NCBI GenBank assembly: GCA_044226625.1
Contig: JBGAGQ010000021.1
Span: forward strand, 1 to 64,000
DNA: 64,000 nucleotides
Source: Thermoanaerobaculia bacterium
Lineage (GTDB): Bacteria > Acidobacteriota > Thermoanaerobaculia > Multivoradales > UBA5704
Direction: 5' to 3'
The notes below the pieces were generated by a model. The model made no database searches, was not told the origin of the DNA, and saw nothing but the letters and a program-made list of their open reading frames with translations. Numbering within the stretch: position 1 is the stretch's first letter; each line of letters starts with the position of its first letter. Both the position numbers and the translations under genes were made by a program. Positions 1 through 9,073 of the stretch are shown piece by piece.

Positions 1-62
1 AATACCGCGCGTTCCTGTTGGAATTCGGCGTGCCGTTCGATGAACGTTACGTTTGGGATTGA
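1..62 (+). mobile_element. tnpA: 3' end of IS200/IS605-family (Y1, REP-associated type) transposase, truncated by window edge
   Basis: Frame from nt 3 reads YRAFLLEFGVPFDERYVWD-stop; a DERYVWD C-terminus is what I recognise from an IS200-like TnpA subfamily; hairpin repeats follow immediately. Only 19 codons visible. Confidence 0.7.
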
Positions 63-82
63 GGGAAAGGAAAGAAAATGGA

Positions 83-289
83 GCGGGCTTTCAGCCCTAG
101 AAATTTCCCTCCGCGGCTCGGTTCCTGGGGCGTTGCCCCATGCTATTATCGAGCGGGCCTTCGGCCCTTATCTCTCGGCCATCCGGATCATCGGTGCTCA
201 ATGGGCAACAACCTGTTACAAAGAGCCCTGCGAATCCAGGACGGTTGTCTCTCGGCGGAAACACCACGACGGCATCGCCGTTCGAGCAA
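83..289 (+). repeat. REP-like unit 1 (three hairpins, 83-167) plus duplicated spacer
   Basis: GGGCT-TTC-AGCCC, TGGGGC-GTT-GCCCCA and GGGCC-TTC-GGCCC hairpins; whole segment recurs at 318-507. Confidence 0.85.
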
Positions 290-317
290 CTTTTCTTTGT
301 GAGCCGCGAGAGATGAG

Positions 318-507
318 GCGGGCTTTCAGCCCTTGAAAACTCGGTCCGCGGCTCGGTTCCTGGGGCGTTGCCCCAGGCTATTATCGAGCGGGCCTTCGGC
401 CCTTTTTTCTCGGCCATCCGGAGCGTTGGCACGCGGTGGGCAACGATCTGTTACAAAGGGCCCTGTTTCTCGGCGGAAACACCTCAACGGCACCGCCGTT
501 CGAGCAA
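318..507 (+). repeat. REP-like unit 2 (three hairpins, 318-402), direct repeat of 83-289
   Basis: Same three hairpins and shared downstream blocks (TCTCGGCCATCCGGA, CTGTTACAAAG, TCTCGGCGGAAACACC, CGCCGTTCGAGCAA). Confidence 0.85.
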
Positions 508-548
508 TGTGACGTCGGGGCTTAGCGACCCGCGTCCACCAGCCTGAA

Positions 549-631
549 GCGCCGAAGGCGCGACCCATAATAGCCTGGGGCAACGCCCCAGGTAGGCCGT
601 GACCCACTCCACCCAAGGGCTGAAAGCCCGC
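549..631 (-). repeat. REP-like unit 3, inverted
   Basis: GCGCCGAAGGCGC..ATAATAGCCTGGGGCAACGCCCCAGG..AGGGCTGAAAGCCCGC is the reverse complement of the unit. Confidence 0.85.
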
Positions 632-879
632 CCCATCCAACGTCCCGGACCGCGATCCCGAAGCCAAAAATCCTCTCCCTCTCGTCGCGGCACCGCGGAC
701 GAGACGCCCAGCGGTGCTCCCGTGCTCCTGCGCTGGGCCGCTCAAGACCGGTGACGCACCGCGCGCGGGTGGGGCGGGACGACCGAGACCCCGGGAAGCG
801 CTGCGCAGCCTCCGCGAACGATGCCCGAAACGCCGCGCTTCGGTGCGGCACGATCGAGCACCACGTCGGTTTCGCGGTG

Positions 880-1200
880 CCTTCGATCCGCAACACGAAG
901 AACCGCAGACGGAACACGACGCACCGGTGCAATCACACGACGCACCTTTCCCGCATCACAACGCATCGATGCCAGGAACCTACGGTATACCGCACAGGGG
1001 GAAATTTCCCCTTCCCGGGCTCGCGGGAGTCGCTCCAGGGCGCTGAGTAACGGTTCGCACCGGCTCGGAGCCGAATCTCGACATCTGATCACCGGTCCTT
1101 AGCGTTGCGTCCGGGGCGACGCGTCTCAGGGGACCCCCTCTGAGCGTCGCGGAAGGAGTGCGTAGCGTGATTGCACCGGTGCGTTGTGTCCCGTCACCCG
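880..1200. repeat. Degenerate 21-nt periodic repeats with an imperfect inverted copy
   Basis: CAC(G/A)ACGCA(C/T) recurs every 21 nt at ~890-970; ~910-946 is an imperfect inverted repeat of ~1157-1193. Confidence 0.55.
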
Positions 1201-1452
1201 AACCGCGGGGGCTTGCTCCGGGTTCCTGCCCGGGGAATGCTGGCTCTCGCTTCAACCTGAGGTCCCCTTTGCGTTGCGTCGGGGTTTCTTGCAACGCAAC
1301 GCGCACCACAACGTCCAAAACCCCGAAACGAGCCTGGCGACGGCTTTGCACACAGCCAGAGCCAGGATTCGGGGCGTTACTCCCAGGATGTGACGCCGAA
1401 GAACCTCCGTCCGGTACGACCGGACCGCAAGCTACCCGCAAGGGAGAGACCT

Positions 1453-1818
1453 ATGCCGCTCGTCGTGCGCGCTTTTCCCGTGGTACCTGGCAAAGAGGAC
1501 GAGCTCCGGGCCTTCGCCTCCGAGCTGGTCGGCACCCGCCGCGCCGAGGCCGCGGAGTTCTATCGCCAGTTCGGAGTGAGACGAGAATGTTGGCACTTCC
1601 AGCAAACCCCGAACGGGCCGTGGGTGATCGCCATCACGGATCTGATCGAGGATCCTGCCCTCGCCGCCCAGGCTTATGCCGAGTCCGAACGACCGTTCGA
1701 TCGCTGGTTCAAGGAGAAGGTCCGCGAGATCTCCGGCAGCGATCCCGATCTCGAGCCGCTCGGCCCGGCCACCGAAGAGATCCTCGAATGGAGCGCCGAA
1801 CCGGAGTCTTCCAGCTGA
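1453..1818 (+). CDS. Small conserved hypothetical protein (DUF6176-like)
   Basis: ATG 1453 after AGGGAGAG; MPLVVRAFPVVPGKE..PFDRWFKEKV; GC-biased codon usage. Confidence 0.7.
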   Translation: MPLVVRAFPVVPGKEDELRAFASELVGTRRAEAAEFYRQFGVRRECWHFQQTPNGPWVIAITDLIEDPALAAQAYAESERPFDRWFKEKVREISGSDPDLEPLGPATEEILEWSAEPESSS

Positions 1819-1865
1819 CCGTCCGGCCCGTGGATTCGCACTGAGAAGACGTTGTTCGGGAAGTT

Positions 1866-2288
1866 TTAAGGCTCAAGCGGTACGGGCCGATCGCGCACGC
1901 GGTCGACGATGCAGAGGAATCCGAGCGGCCCGCCCCGGTCGGCGCGAAACTGGTGGGGCGTCTCGGGTGCAACGTAGACGCAGTCGTGCGGCGCGAGCGG
2001 CAAGGTCTCCTCCCCGAGCAGGACGTGGCCGCGGCCGGCGAGGACGATGACCGCGTGGGGATGGCCGTGCCGCTCCAGGGTCGACCAGCCGCCGGGCGCG
2101 ATCTCGAAGTACCGGGTGAGGAAAGCGAGGGCCTCCTCCCCCTCCCCTTCGCCGAGCAAGGTTTGCCGAAGGACGCCGTGGAATGTTCCGTCCTCTTCCT
2201 TATATTGGCGCTCTGGAACGCCCTGCCAGCGAAAGTCGACGGCACGCACCACCTTCGATCCGCCATTCGGCTCGGTCGTTTCGCTCAT
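1866..2288 (-). CDS. Cupin protein, putative MTXu-5P methylsulfurylase type
   Basis: Cupin motifs STLERHGHPHAV and PETPHQF; ATGA overlap with the RLP stop. Confidence 0.85.
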   Translation of the reverse strand: MSETTEPNGGSKVVRAVDFRWQGVPERQYKEEDGTFHGVLRQTLLGEGEGEEALAFLTRYFEIAPGGWSTLERHGHPHAVIVLAGRGHVLLGEETLPLAPHDCVYVAPETPHQFRADRGGPLGFLCIVDRVRDRPVPLEP

Positions 2289-3433
2289 ACAAAGCCCTCC
2301 CGGAGAGCGGCCGCCACCCGCGCGGCTCCCCCTTCGAGGTCGGCCTCGCCGTACAGGGCGCCGCCGATCAAAAAGATCGTATCCGGTCCGAGGTTCCGAG
2401 CCAGCTCCGGGACCCGGTCGGCCGCGACGCCGCCCCCCGGTACGGGAAAGGCCGGCCGGAGCGCGCCGAGGGGGCGGCGGAGGTGGTCGGCGAGCGCCGT
2501 CGACCAGGCGCTCGGAAACGGAAACCGCCCCCCTTCGTGCGGGTAGATCACGCCGTCGCAGCCGGCCAGGCGGAACAGGTCGCCGAGCAGAACCTCCGGC
2601 GCGATGCCGTGGCTCGGGGAGAAGAAGGCGCCCGCAAGGGCGGGGTGGGCAAGCAGCGCCAGGCCGGAGGACGAGGCGATCTCTCGGACCGTTTCGAGCC
2701 CGAGCGCGAGCGGTGCCACGAGGGCCCCTCGGCATCCCACGGCGCGCAGGTGCTCGATCCGTTCGGCCAGCGAGGCGGCCGGCCCGGAAAGGGTAGGCAG
2801 GTAGAGAGCCGAGCCGCCGGTCGCCCGGTTGGCCCGCTCGACCGCCTCCTGGCACCGCGCGACGCGCTCGAAGAACGGCGAGAGGGGCGGGTCGGAGATG
2901 CCGTGGTCGTCTTTGATCAGATCGGCCCCGCCCCGGGCGAGCGCCTCGACCCGGGCGGCGAGCGCGGCCGTGGGTAGGCCGAGCGGCTTCGTTGCGGCGC
3001 AGAAAAGAGGGCGGCGTCCGGTGGCGCCGACCAGGGCTCGGAGGCCTGAGATTCCTAACGCCGGCCCGGCGAAACGCGCGAGCAGCGAGGCCGGCCATTC
3101 GACCGCCTCGACTCGCACGCCGTACTGGAGCGAGGCGTTGCCGAAGAGCAGGACGAGGAGTTGGGCGAGATCTCCCCCGGCGGCCTCGGCCGGCAGGGCG
3201 AGGGTGGCCACCGCCTCGACCCGCCCGTTCGGCTCCGTCGGCTCGACAGTCTCGATGGTCTCGACGGGCCCCACGACCCGGCCGAAGAACGCATGGGCCT
3301 CCTCCGGCACCCGTTCGTGCGGCAGCTCGGAGGTCTGCTCGATCGCGAGCCGCAGGGCGCGCTCTTCGCCCGACTCCCCCGGTGCGAGCGCGAGCCGGTA
3401 GCGGACGAGCAGGGTGTCTGGAGAGGAAAGCAT
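2285..3433 (-). CDS. RuBisCO-like protein (form IV)
   Basis: TKPLGL, GGADLIKDDHG, HPALAGA and PVPGGG motifs; KDDH rather than KDDE; 382 aa. Confidence 0.92.
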   Translation of the reverse strand: MLSSPDTLLVRYRLALAPGESGEERALRLAIEQTSELPHERVPEEAHAFFGRVVGPVETIETVEPTEPNGRVEAVATLALPAEAAGGDLAQLLVLLFGNASLQYGVRVEAVEWPASLLARFAGPALGISGLRALVGATGRRPLFCAATKPLGLPTAALAARVEALARGGADLIKDDHGISDPPLSPFFERVARCQEAVERANRATGGSALYLPTLSGPAASLAERIEHLRAVGCRGALVAPLALGLETVREIASSSGLALLAHPALAGAFFSPSHGIAPEVLLGDLFRLAGCDGVIYPHEGGRFPFPSAWSTALADHLRRPLGALRPAFPVPGGGVAADRVPELARNLGPDTIFLIGGALYGEADLEGGAARVAAALREGFV

Positions 3434-3623
3434 GATCGGGACCGAGGATCGGGAGGCAAGCTCCCTCGGTCCGTTTTACCCGACCGGCGAGGCGCCGTCA
3501 AAAAACGGCGGTCCGCGCGATGGTCATCCGGGAGGGGCATGGGATAACCTCCGCCCGCCCGGGGCGTGTCGGCCCGGCGCGTCGCAGCCCTTCCGCCGAG
3601 ATCCTTCGAACGAGCAGGAGTCC

Positions 3624-3956
3624 ATGAAGTCGAAACCCATCGCGCGGAGCCGCCGAACGGTTCCCGAGCCGCAGACGGCCGCCTGGACCTTTTTCACCAA
3701 TCACGCCCATGTCCTGTTCGCGGTCGCGGCCGACCCGGAGGCGCGGCTTCGCGATCTCGCCGAGCGGGTCGGCATCACCGAGCGCGCGGTGCAGCGCATC
3801 CTCTCCGACCTCGCCGCCGAGGGGTACCTTTCGGTCGCGAAGGTGGGACGGCGCAACCGCTACAAAGTCAACTCGCGCCCTTCCCTCCGCCATCCGATCG
3901 AGCGGCACCGGACGGTCAAGGGGCTGCTGGAATTCATCGACGGGCGGGCTCGCTAG
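3624..3956 (+). CDS. Winged helix-turn-helix transcriptional regulator
   Basis: AGGAG RBS; WTFFTNHAHVL..LRDLAERVGITERAVQRILSDL..GRRNRY. Confidence 0.88.
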   Translation: MKSKPIARSRRTVPEPQTAAWTFFTNHAHVLFAVAADPEARLRDLAERVGITERAVQRILSDLAAEGYLSVAKVGRRNRYKVNSRPSLRHPIERHRTVKGLLEFIDGRAR

Positions 3957-3974
3957 GAAGGCAAAAAGCGATAC

Positions 3975-4034
3975 CGGCTCCGTTCGGCCCACGGAGCCGT
4001 ACCCGAAATATCCGACGGTGAAACTTTTTCGCCG
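3975..4034 (+). promoter_or_regulatory. Hairpin (3975-3999) and imperfect palindrome (4016-4034), possible operator
   Basis: CGGCTCCGT-N7-ACGGAGCCG; CGGTGAAA-CTT-TTTCGCCG. Confidence 0.35.
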
Positions 4035-4065
4035 CTCGGGAGTCTTGTAGGAAGAGGGACGTACC

Positions 4066-4284
4066 ATGCTCCCCCCGGAATCGCCTCGCTATCCCGATTT
4101 GTCCGTTTCGCTGCGCTCGCATCACCCGCTCGCCTGGGTGAGCGCGACGCGTTACGCGTTGCGCGGCGCGGGGATCGATCCGGCCGAGATCGACCGGTTC
4201 ACCGAGGAGGCCGTGGGCGCGGAACGCCCGGACGCCATGCTGTCGGTCTGCTCGAAGTGGATCCGCCTGCCCGAGGAGCTGTAG
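4066..4284 (+). CDS. Small hypothetical protein, 72 aa
   Basis: GAAGAGGGA RBS; helical composition (ALRGAGIDPAEIDRFTEEA). Confidence 0.65.
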   Translation: MLPPESPRYPDLSVSLRSHHPLAWVSATRYALRGAGIDPAEIDRFTEEAVGAERPDAMLSVCSKWIRLPEEL

Positions 4285-4325
4285 GGAGGAAGGGCCGCTC
4301 CCGGAGCGACCGATATGCTGCGCGG

Positions 4326-5687
4326 ATGGAAACCTCCGCGCTCGAAACCTCAGCGACCACCGATCCGTCCCGAGATCGCGCGAACCGGCCCCCGCGGGTC
4401 GTCGTCGTGGGCGCCGGCTTCGGCGGCCTGGCCGCCGCGCGAAAGCTGCGTCGCGCCCCGGTCTCCGTCCTGCTGATCGACAAGAACAATTTCCACACCT
4501 TTCAGCCGCTGCTCTACCAGGTGGCAACCGCCGGCCTCGAGCCCGCGGAGATCGCCCACGCGGTGCGCGGCATCTTCCACTCGCAGAAGAACTTCGACTT
4601 CCGGCTCGGAGAGGTGACGAAGATCGACCTCGCGGCGCGAACGCTCTCGATCCAAGGCGGCGAGGCGATCCCGTACGACTATCTGGTCCTCGCCCCCGGC
4701 GCTACGAACAACGACTTTGGTATCCCGGGGGTCGCCGAGCACGCGATCTTCTTGAAAACGCTCCAAGAGGCGCTCGCCCTGCGCAACCACGTGATCGAGC
4801 AGTTCGAGGCGGCGAGCGTCGACCGCTCGCTGGTCGAACGCGGGATCCTGAACTTCGTCCTGATCGGCGGCGGGGCGACCGGGGTCGAGATGGCGGGGGC
4901 GCTCTCCGAGCTGATCGGTAAGGTGCTCGCCCGCGACTACCCCCATCTGCCGATCGACCTCGCGAAGATCGTCCTGATCGAGCGCTCGCCCGAGCTCCTG
5001 TCGCCGTTCCATCCGAAATCGCAGCGCCACGCCCTGGCCGTGCTGCGCGAGCGCGGCGTGGACGTCCGCCTGAACGAGGCGATCGTCTCCGCCACGGCCG
5101 ACGGGGTCCACCTGGCGAGCGGCACCTTCCTGCCGACGCGATCCCTGATCTGGACCGCCGGCATCAAGGCGATGCCGTTCGCCGAGCTGCTCGGGGTGAC
5201 GCCCGGCCGCGGCGGCCGGATCGCGGTCGAGGCGGACCTCTCCCTACCCAGCCATCCGGAGGTGTTCGCGATCGGCGATCTCGCCGGAGCCATGGGGAGC
5301 GCGGCGCCGCTGCCCCAGATCGCGCAGGTGGCGATCCAAGGCGGGCGGCACGCCGCCCGGCAGATCGCCAAACGGCTCGCCGGCAAGCCCGCCGAGCCAT
5401 TCCGCTACTTCGATCCCGGCGTGATGGCGACGATCGGCCGCAACGCCGCGGTCGCCGAGCTGCCGGGCGGGCTCCGCTTCACCGGGCGGATCGGCTGGCT
5501 GATGTGGCTGTTCCTCCATCTGATGTATCTGGTCGGCTTCCGCAACCGGCTGAGCGTGTTCATCAACTGGACCTGGAGCTACTTCACATGGGATCGGAGT
5601 GCCCGCTTGATCCTCGAACCGGAGGAGCGGCGGCGAGACGCCGCGGAGCACTCCGCGAATGCCTCGGCCCCCGGCCCGCCCGTATAG
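4326..5687 (+). CDS. ndh: Type II NADH:quinone oxidoreductase
   Basis: VVVVGAGFGG, FQPLLYQVATA, GGGATGVEMAG, AIGD, AQVAIQ, C-terminal WLFLHLMYLVGFRNR. Confidence 0.93.
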   Translation: METSALETSATTDPSRDRANRPPRVVVVGAGFGGLAAARKLRRAPVSVLLIDKNNFHTFQPLLYQVATAGLEPAEIAHAVRGIFHSQKNFDFRLGEVTKIDLAARTLSIQGGEAIPYDYLVLAPGATNNDFGIPGVAEHAIFLKTLQEALALRNHVIEQFEAASVDRSLVERGILNFVLIGGGATGVEMAGALSELIGKVLARDYPHLPIDLAKIVLIERSPELLSPFHPKSQRHALAVLRERGVDVRLNEAIVSATADGVHLASGTFLPTRSLIWTAGIKAMPFAELLGVTPGRGGRIAVEADLSLPSHPEVFAIGDLAGAMGSAAPLPQIAQVAIQGGRHAARQIAKRLAGKPAEPFRYFDPGVMATIGRNAAVAELPGGLRFTGRIGWLMWLFLHLMYLVGFRNRLSVFINWTWSYFTWDRSARLILEPEERRRDAAEHSANASAPGPPV

Positions 5688-5699
5688 GATTCGCGGCCG

Positions 5700-7922
5700 A
5701 TGTCCGCGCGCAAGAGCTCCCGCCCGACGGGAAAGAGACCGGCCTCCCCCGCCGAAGGCGATCGCACCCGACCGGCACGGACCGACGAAGGCGCGGTCCC
5801 GCTCTGGCGGCGGAGCCTCCCGGCGCTCCTGTTGCTCGCGATCACGATCGTCGCCTATCTGCCGGCCCTCGGCAACGGCTTCATCTGGGACGACGACGAC
5901 TACCTGACCCAGAACGCGTTGCTGAACGAGCCGGGGGGGCTCGGGAGGATCTGGACCGAGGTCGGGGCGACGCCGCAGTACTACCCGCTGGTTTTCACCT
6001 CGTTTTGGATTGAGCACCAGCTCTGGGGACTCTCCGCCACCGGCTACCACCTGACCAACGTCCTCCTCCACGCGCTCGCCGCGATCCTTCTCTGGCGTGT
6101 GCTCGCCCGGCTGCGCGTGCCCGGGGCGTTGCTCGCCGCGGCGCTGTTCGCGGTCCATCCGATCCACGTCGAGTCGGTCGCCTGGATCACGGAGCGGAAA
6201 AACGTCCTGTCCGCCGTCTTCTACCTGGCGGCTCTCCTCCTTTTCCTGCGCTTCCGCCCCGCGGGAGAGGCTTCGCCCGGCTGGCGGAAGCGCCCGGCGA
6301 TCGACTACGCGCTGGCGCTCGCCGCCTTCGTGGCCGCGCTGCTGTCGAAGACCGTCGCCGTCTCCCTTCCCGTCGTGATCCTGGTGATCGACGTCTGGAA
6401 GGCGCGCCGGGTGCGCGCGAGCACCTGGCTCCCGACCCTGCCGCTCTTCGCGCTCGGGCTCGCGTTCGCCCGGATCACCGCGAACCTGGAGCGGGTGAAG
6501 GTGGGCGCCAAAGGAGAGGCCTGGGATCTCTCGTTCTTCGAGCGCCTGCTGGTCGCCGGCCGCGCGCTCTGGCACTACCTGGGCAAGCTCCTCTGGCCGC
6601 ACCCGTTGATCTTCATCTACCAGCGCTGGCGGATCGACGCGCACGACGCCGTACAGTGGCTGTTTCCGATCGCCGCCGCCGCGGCGTTCGTAGCCCTCTT
6701 CGCCCTGCGCAAAAAGATCGGCGGCGGTCCGCTCGCGGCGGCGCTCTGCTACGGCGCGATGTTGTTCCCCGCGCTCGGCTTCGTGAACGTCTTCCCGATG
6801 CTCTTTTCGTGGGTGGCCGACCACTTCCTCTATCTCGCCTCGGCGCCGATCCTGGCGCTCGCCGCGGCGGGTCTCACCGGAACCGTCGGACGCGCCGGAG
6901 GCGAGGCGGACCCGGAGCGGAGGAAGAGTTTTGAGCTCGGTGGCAAGGTCGCGGCCGCGGCGCTGGTCGCGATTCTCGGCCTGCTCACCTGGCGGCAGAT
7001 CCCGATGTACCGCGACGTCGACACGCTCTGGCGGACGACGATCGAGAGGAACCCCGAGGCGTGGATCGCCTACAACAACCTCGGGGTGAGCCTGGTCGCC
7101 GCCGGGCGGGTGGACGAGGCGATCGAGAATTACGAGAAGGCGCTCGCGCTCCACCCCGGCTTCTTTCAGGCGACCTCGAACCTCGCCGAGCTCTATCTCG
7201 CCCGCGGGCGCACGGACCTCGCCGATCCGCTCTACGAAAAGCTGGTGAAGATCGCGCCGGGCAACGCCGTCGGCCAGTACCAGCTCGGTCTCGCCCGCCT
7301 GCGCCAGGGCAACCCGACCGAGGCGGCCGAGCGGTTCGAGCGCGCGCTGCGCCTCAAACCCGGCATGGCCCAGGCCTCCGCGCGCCTGGGCGACCTCGCG
7401 CTCGCACGCGGCGAGTGGGATCGGTCGATCTCCCGCTACGCCGAGGCGGTCGCCCGCGACCCGGGCGACACGCGGACGCTGTTCCTCCAGAGCTTCGCTT
7501 TGACCGCCGCCGGGCGCGGCGCCGAGGCGGTGGCCGCCCTGCGCGCTGCCCTCGCCAAGGAGCCGGAGAACCCGCTCACCCTCGCCCGGCTCGCGCGCCT
7601 GCTCGCCGCCTGGCACGACCCCGCCGTGCGCGATGGCGCCGAGGCGCTACGCCACGCCGAAGAGGCCGCCCGAATCACCCAGGGGGGGAACGGAACGGTC
7701 CTCGACGCCCTGGCCGCGGCTTACGCGGAGACGGGAGATTTCGCCCGCGCCGCGGCGACCGCCGCGCGCGCCGCCGAGGTCGCCCAGGCGCGCGGACGCC
7801 CGGAGGCGGCGGCGCTCTTCGCGAGCCACGTCCGCCGCTTCGCGAGCCGCCTGCCGCTGCGGATCGAAAGCGACCCGCCCCCGCCGGATCTGATCTCCGA
7901 GCTGATGCGCGGCGGCGCCTGA
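5700..7922 (+). CDS. TMTC-like GT-C membrane glycosyltransferase with C-terminal TPRs
   Basis: FIWDDDDY, YYPL, HPIHVESVAWITERK, ADHFLYL; many TM helices; TPRs (AYNNLG..). Confidence 0.88.
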   Translation: MSARKSSRPTGKRPASPAEGDRTRPARTDEGAVPLWRRSLPALLLLAITIVAYLPALGNGFIWDDDDYLTQNALLNEPGGLGRIWTEVGATPQYYPLVFTSFWIEHQLWGLSATGYHLTNVLLHALAAILLWRVLARLRVPGALLAAALFAVHPIHVESVAWITERKNVLSAVFYLAALLLFLRFRPAGEASPGWRKRPAIDYALALAAFVAALLSKTVAVSLPVVILVIDVWKARRVRASTWLPTLPLFALGLAFARITANLERVKVGAKGEAWDLSFFERLLVAGRALWHYLGKLLWPHPLIFIYQRWRIDAHDAVQWLFPIAAAAAFVALFALRKKIGGGPLAAALCYGAMLFPALGFVNVFPMLFSWVADHFLYLASAPILALAAAGLTGTVGRAGGEADPERRKSFELGGKVAAAALVAILGLLTWRQIPMYRDVDTLWRTTIERNPEAWIAYNNLGVSLVAAGRVDEAIENYEKALALHPGFFQATSNLAELYLARGRTDLADPLYEKLVKIAPGNAVGQYQLGLARLRQGNPTEAAERFERALRLKPGMAQASARLGDLALARGEWDRSISRYAEAVARDPGDTRTLFLQSFALTAAGRGAEAVAALRAALAKEPENPLTLARLARLLAAWHDPAVRDGAEALRHAEEAARITQGGNGTVLDALAAAYAETGDFARAAATAARAAEVAQARGRPEAAALFASHVRRFASRLPLRIESDPPPPDLISELMRGGA

Positions 7923-7925
7923 GGG

Positions 7926-9035
7926 TTACCCGAAGAACTCGACGACCGCGTCGGCGACCGCGCCCACCTCGTCGTCCCGAAGCTCGGGGAAGATCGGCAG
8001 GCAGAGCACCTCTCGGCCGGCCGTAGTCGCCACCGGTAGATCGGGCATCTCGCCCCCCGCGAAGCGGTCGGCGAAGGCGGGCTGCTGATGGAGCGGCGAG
8101 GGATAATGCACCGAGGCGCCGATGCCGCACGCGGAGAGGTGCTTCAACAGGTCGTCGCGACGGCCGGTGCGCAGGGTGAACTGGTGGTAGACCGGCTCGA
8201 CCTCCGGCCGGTCGGGGATCAGGCGGAGGTCACCCACGCCCGCGAACCGTTCGGCGTAGCGCGCGGCGACCGCGCGGCGGCGGGCGTTGTCCTCGTCGAG
8301 CAGGGCGAGGCGGCAATTGAGCACCGCCGCCTGGAGTGAATCGAGCCGGCTGTTGGTGCCGATCTCCAGATGGGTGTAGCGCTCGGCCTGGCCGTGGTTG
8401 CCCTGGCGACGGGTCTTCTCGACCAGGATCGGCTCGTTGCCGGTGACGGCTCCGCCGTCGCCGAACGCGCCGAGATTCTTCGTCGGGTAAAAGCTCCAGG
8501 CGGCGATCCGGCCGAAGCCGCCCACCCGCTTGCCGCGCCAGCGTGCGCCATGCGCCTGGGCGGCGTCCTCCATCAGCCAGAGGCCGTGCCGGCCGCAGAG
8601 GCGGCAGATCGCGTCGACGTCGAACGGGCGGCCGTAGAGATGGACGCCGATCATGCCGACCGTCCGGTCGGTGATCCGCGCCGCCGCGTCTTCGGCCGAG
8701 ACGTTGAGGGTTTCCGGGTCGACGTCCACGAAGACCGGCGTGCCGCCGACCAAAGCGACCGCCTCGGCGGTGGCGAAGAAGCTGAACGCGGGCACCAGCA
8801 CCTCGTCGCCCGGTTTGAGCCCGAGCACGCGGAGCGGCAGGATCAGCGCGTCCGTCCCGTTGCCCAGGCCGGCGCACGACTCGACGCCCAGGTAGTCGGC
8901 GAACGCCCGTTCGAACTCCTTGACTTCTTTGCCGAGGACGAAACTGGTGGTATCGAGAATGCCGCGCCACCGCTGATCCAGCTCCGGCTGAAGGCGGGCG
9001 ACGGTACGGGTGAGGTCGAGAAAGGGAACGTTCAT
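7926..9035 (-). CDS. DegT/DnrJ/EryC1/StrS PLP-dependent sugar aminotransferase
   Basis: MNVPFLDL start, EDAAQAHGA, SFYPTKNLGAFGDGG, NSRLDSLQAA. Confidence 0.95.
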   Translation of the reverse strand: MNVPFLDLTRTVARLQPELDQRWRGILDTTSFVLGKEVKEFERAFADYLGVESCAGLGNGTDALILPLRVLGLKPGDEVLVPAFSFFATAEAVALVGGTPVFVDVDPETLNVSAEDAAARITDRTVGMIGVHLYGRPFDVDAICRLCGRHGLWLMEDAAQAHGARWRGKRVGGFGRIAAWSFYPTKNLGAFGDGGAVTGNEPILVEKTRRQGNHGQAERYTHLEIGTNSRLDSLQAAVLNCRLALLDEDNARRRAVAARYAERFAGVGDLRLIPDRPEVEPVYHQFTLRTGRRDDLLKHLSACGIGASVHYPSPLHQQPAFADRFAGGEMPDLPVATTAGREVLCLPIFPELRDDEVGAVADAVVEFFG

Positions 9036-9073
9036 CGAAAGGGAAGCTCCGAGGCGGCGGGGGCCGCCGGTTT

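Noticed and set aside
83-631. CRISPR array
   Set aside because: Units are long, the spacers are themselves duplicated, one copy is inverted, and no cas genes are present; REP-like instead.
40-1441. Short ORFs across the repeat region
   Set aside because: Low-complexity translations of repeats with no RBS or motif support.
2285-3433. CO2-fixing RuBisCO
   Set aside because: KDDH motif, short length, no small subunit or phosphoribulokinase; form IV.
5244-7616. 790-aa minus-strand ORF
   Set aside because: Antisense shadow of the TMTC-like gene; stop-poor GC-rich frame with no motifs.
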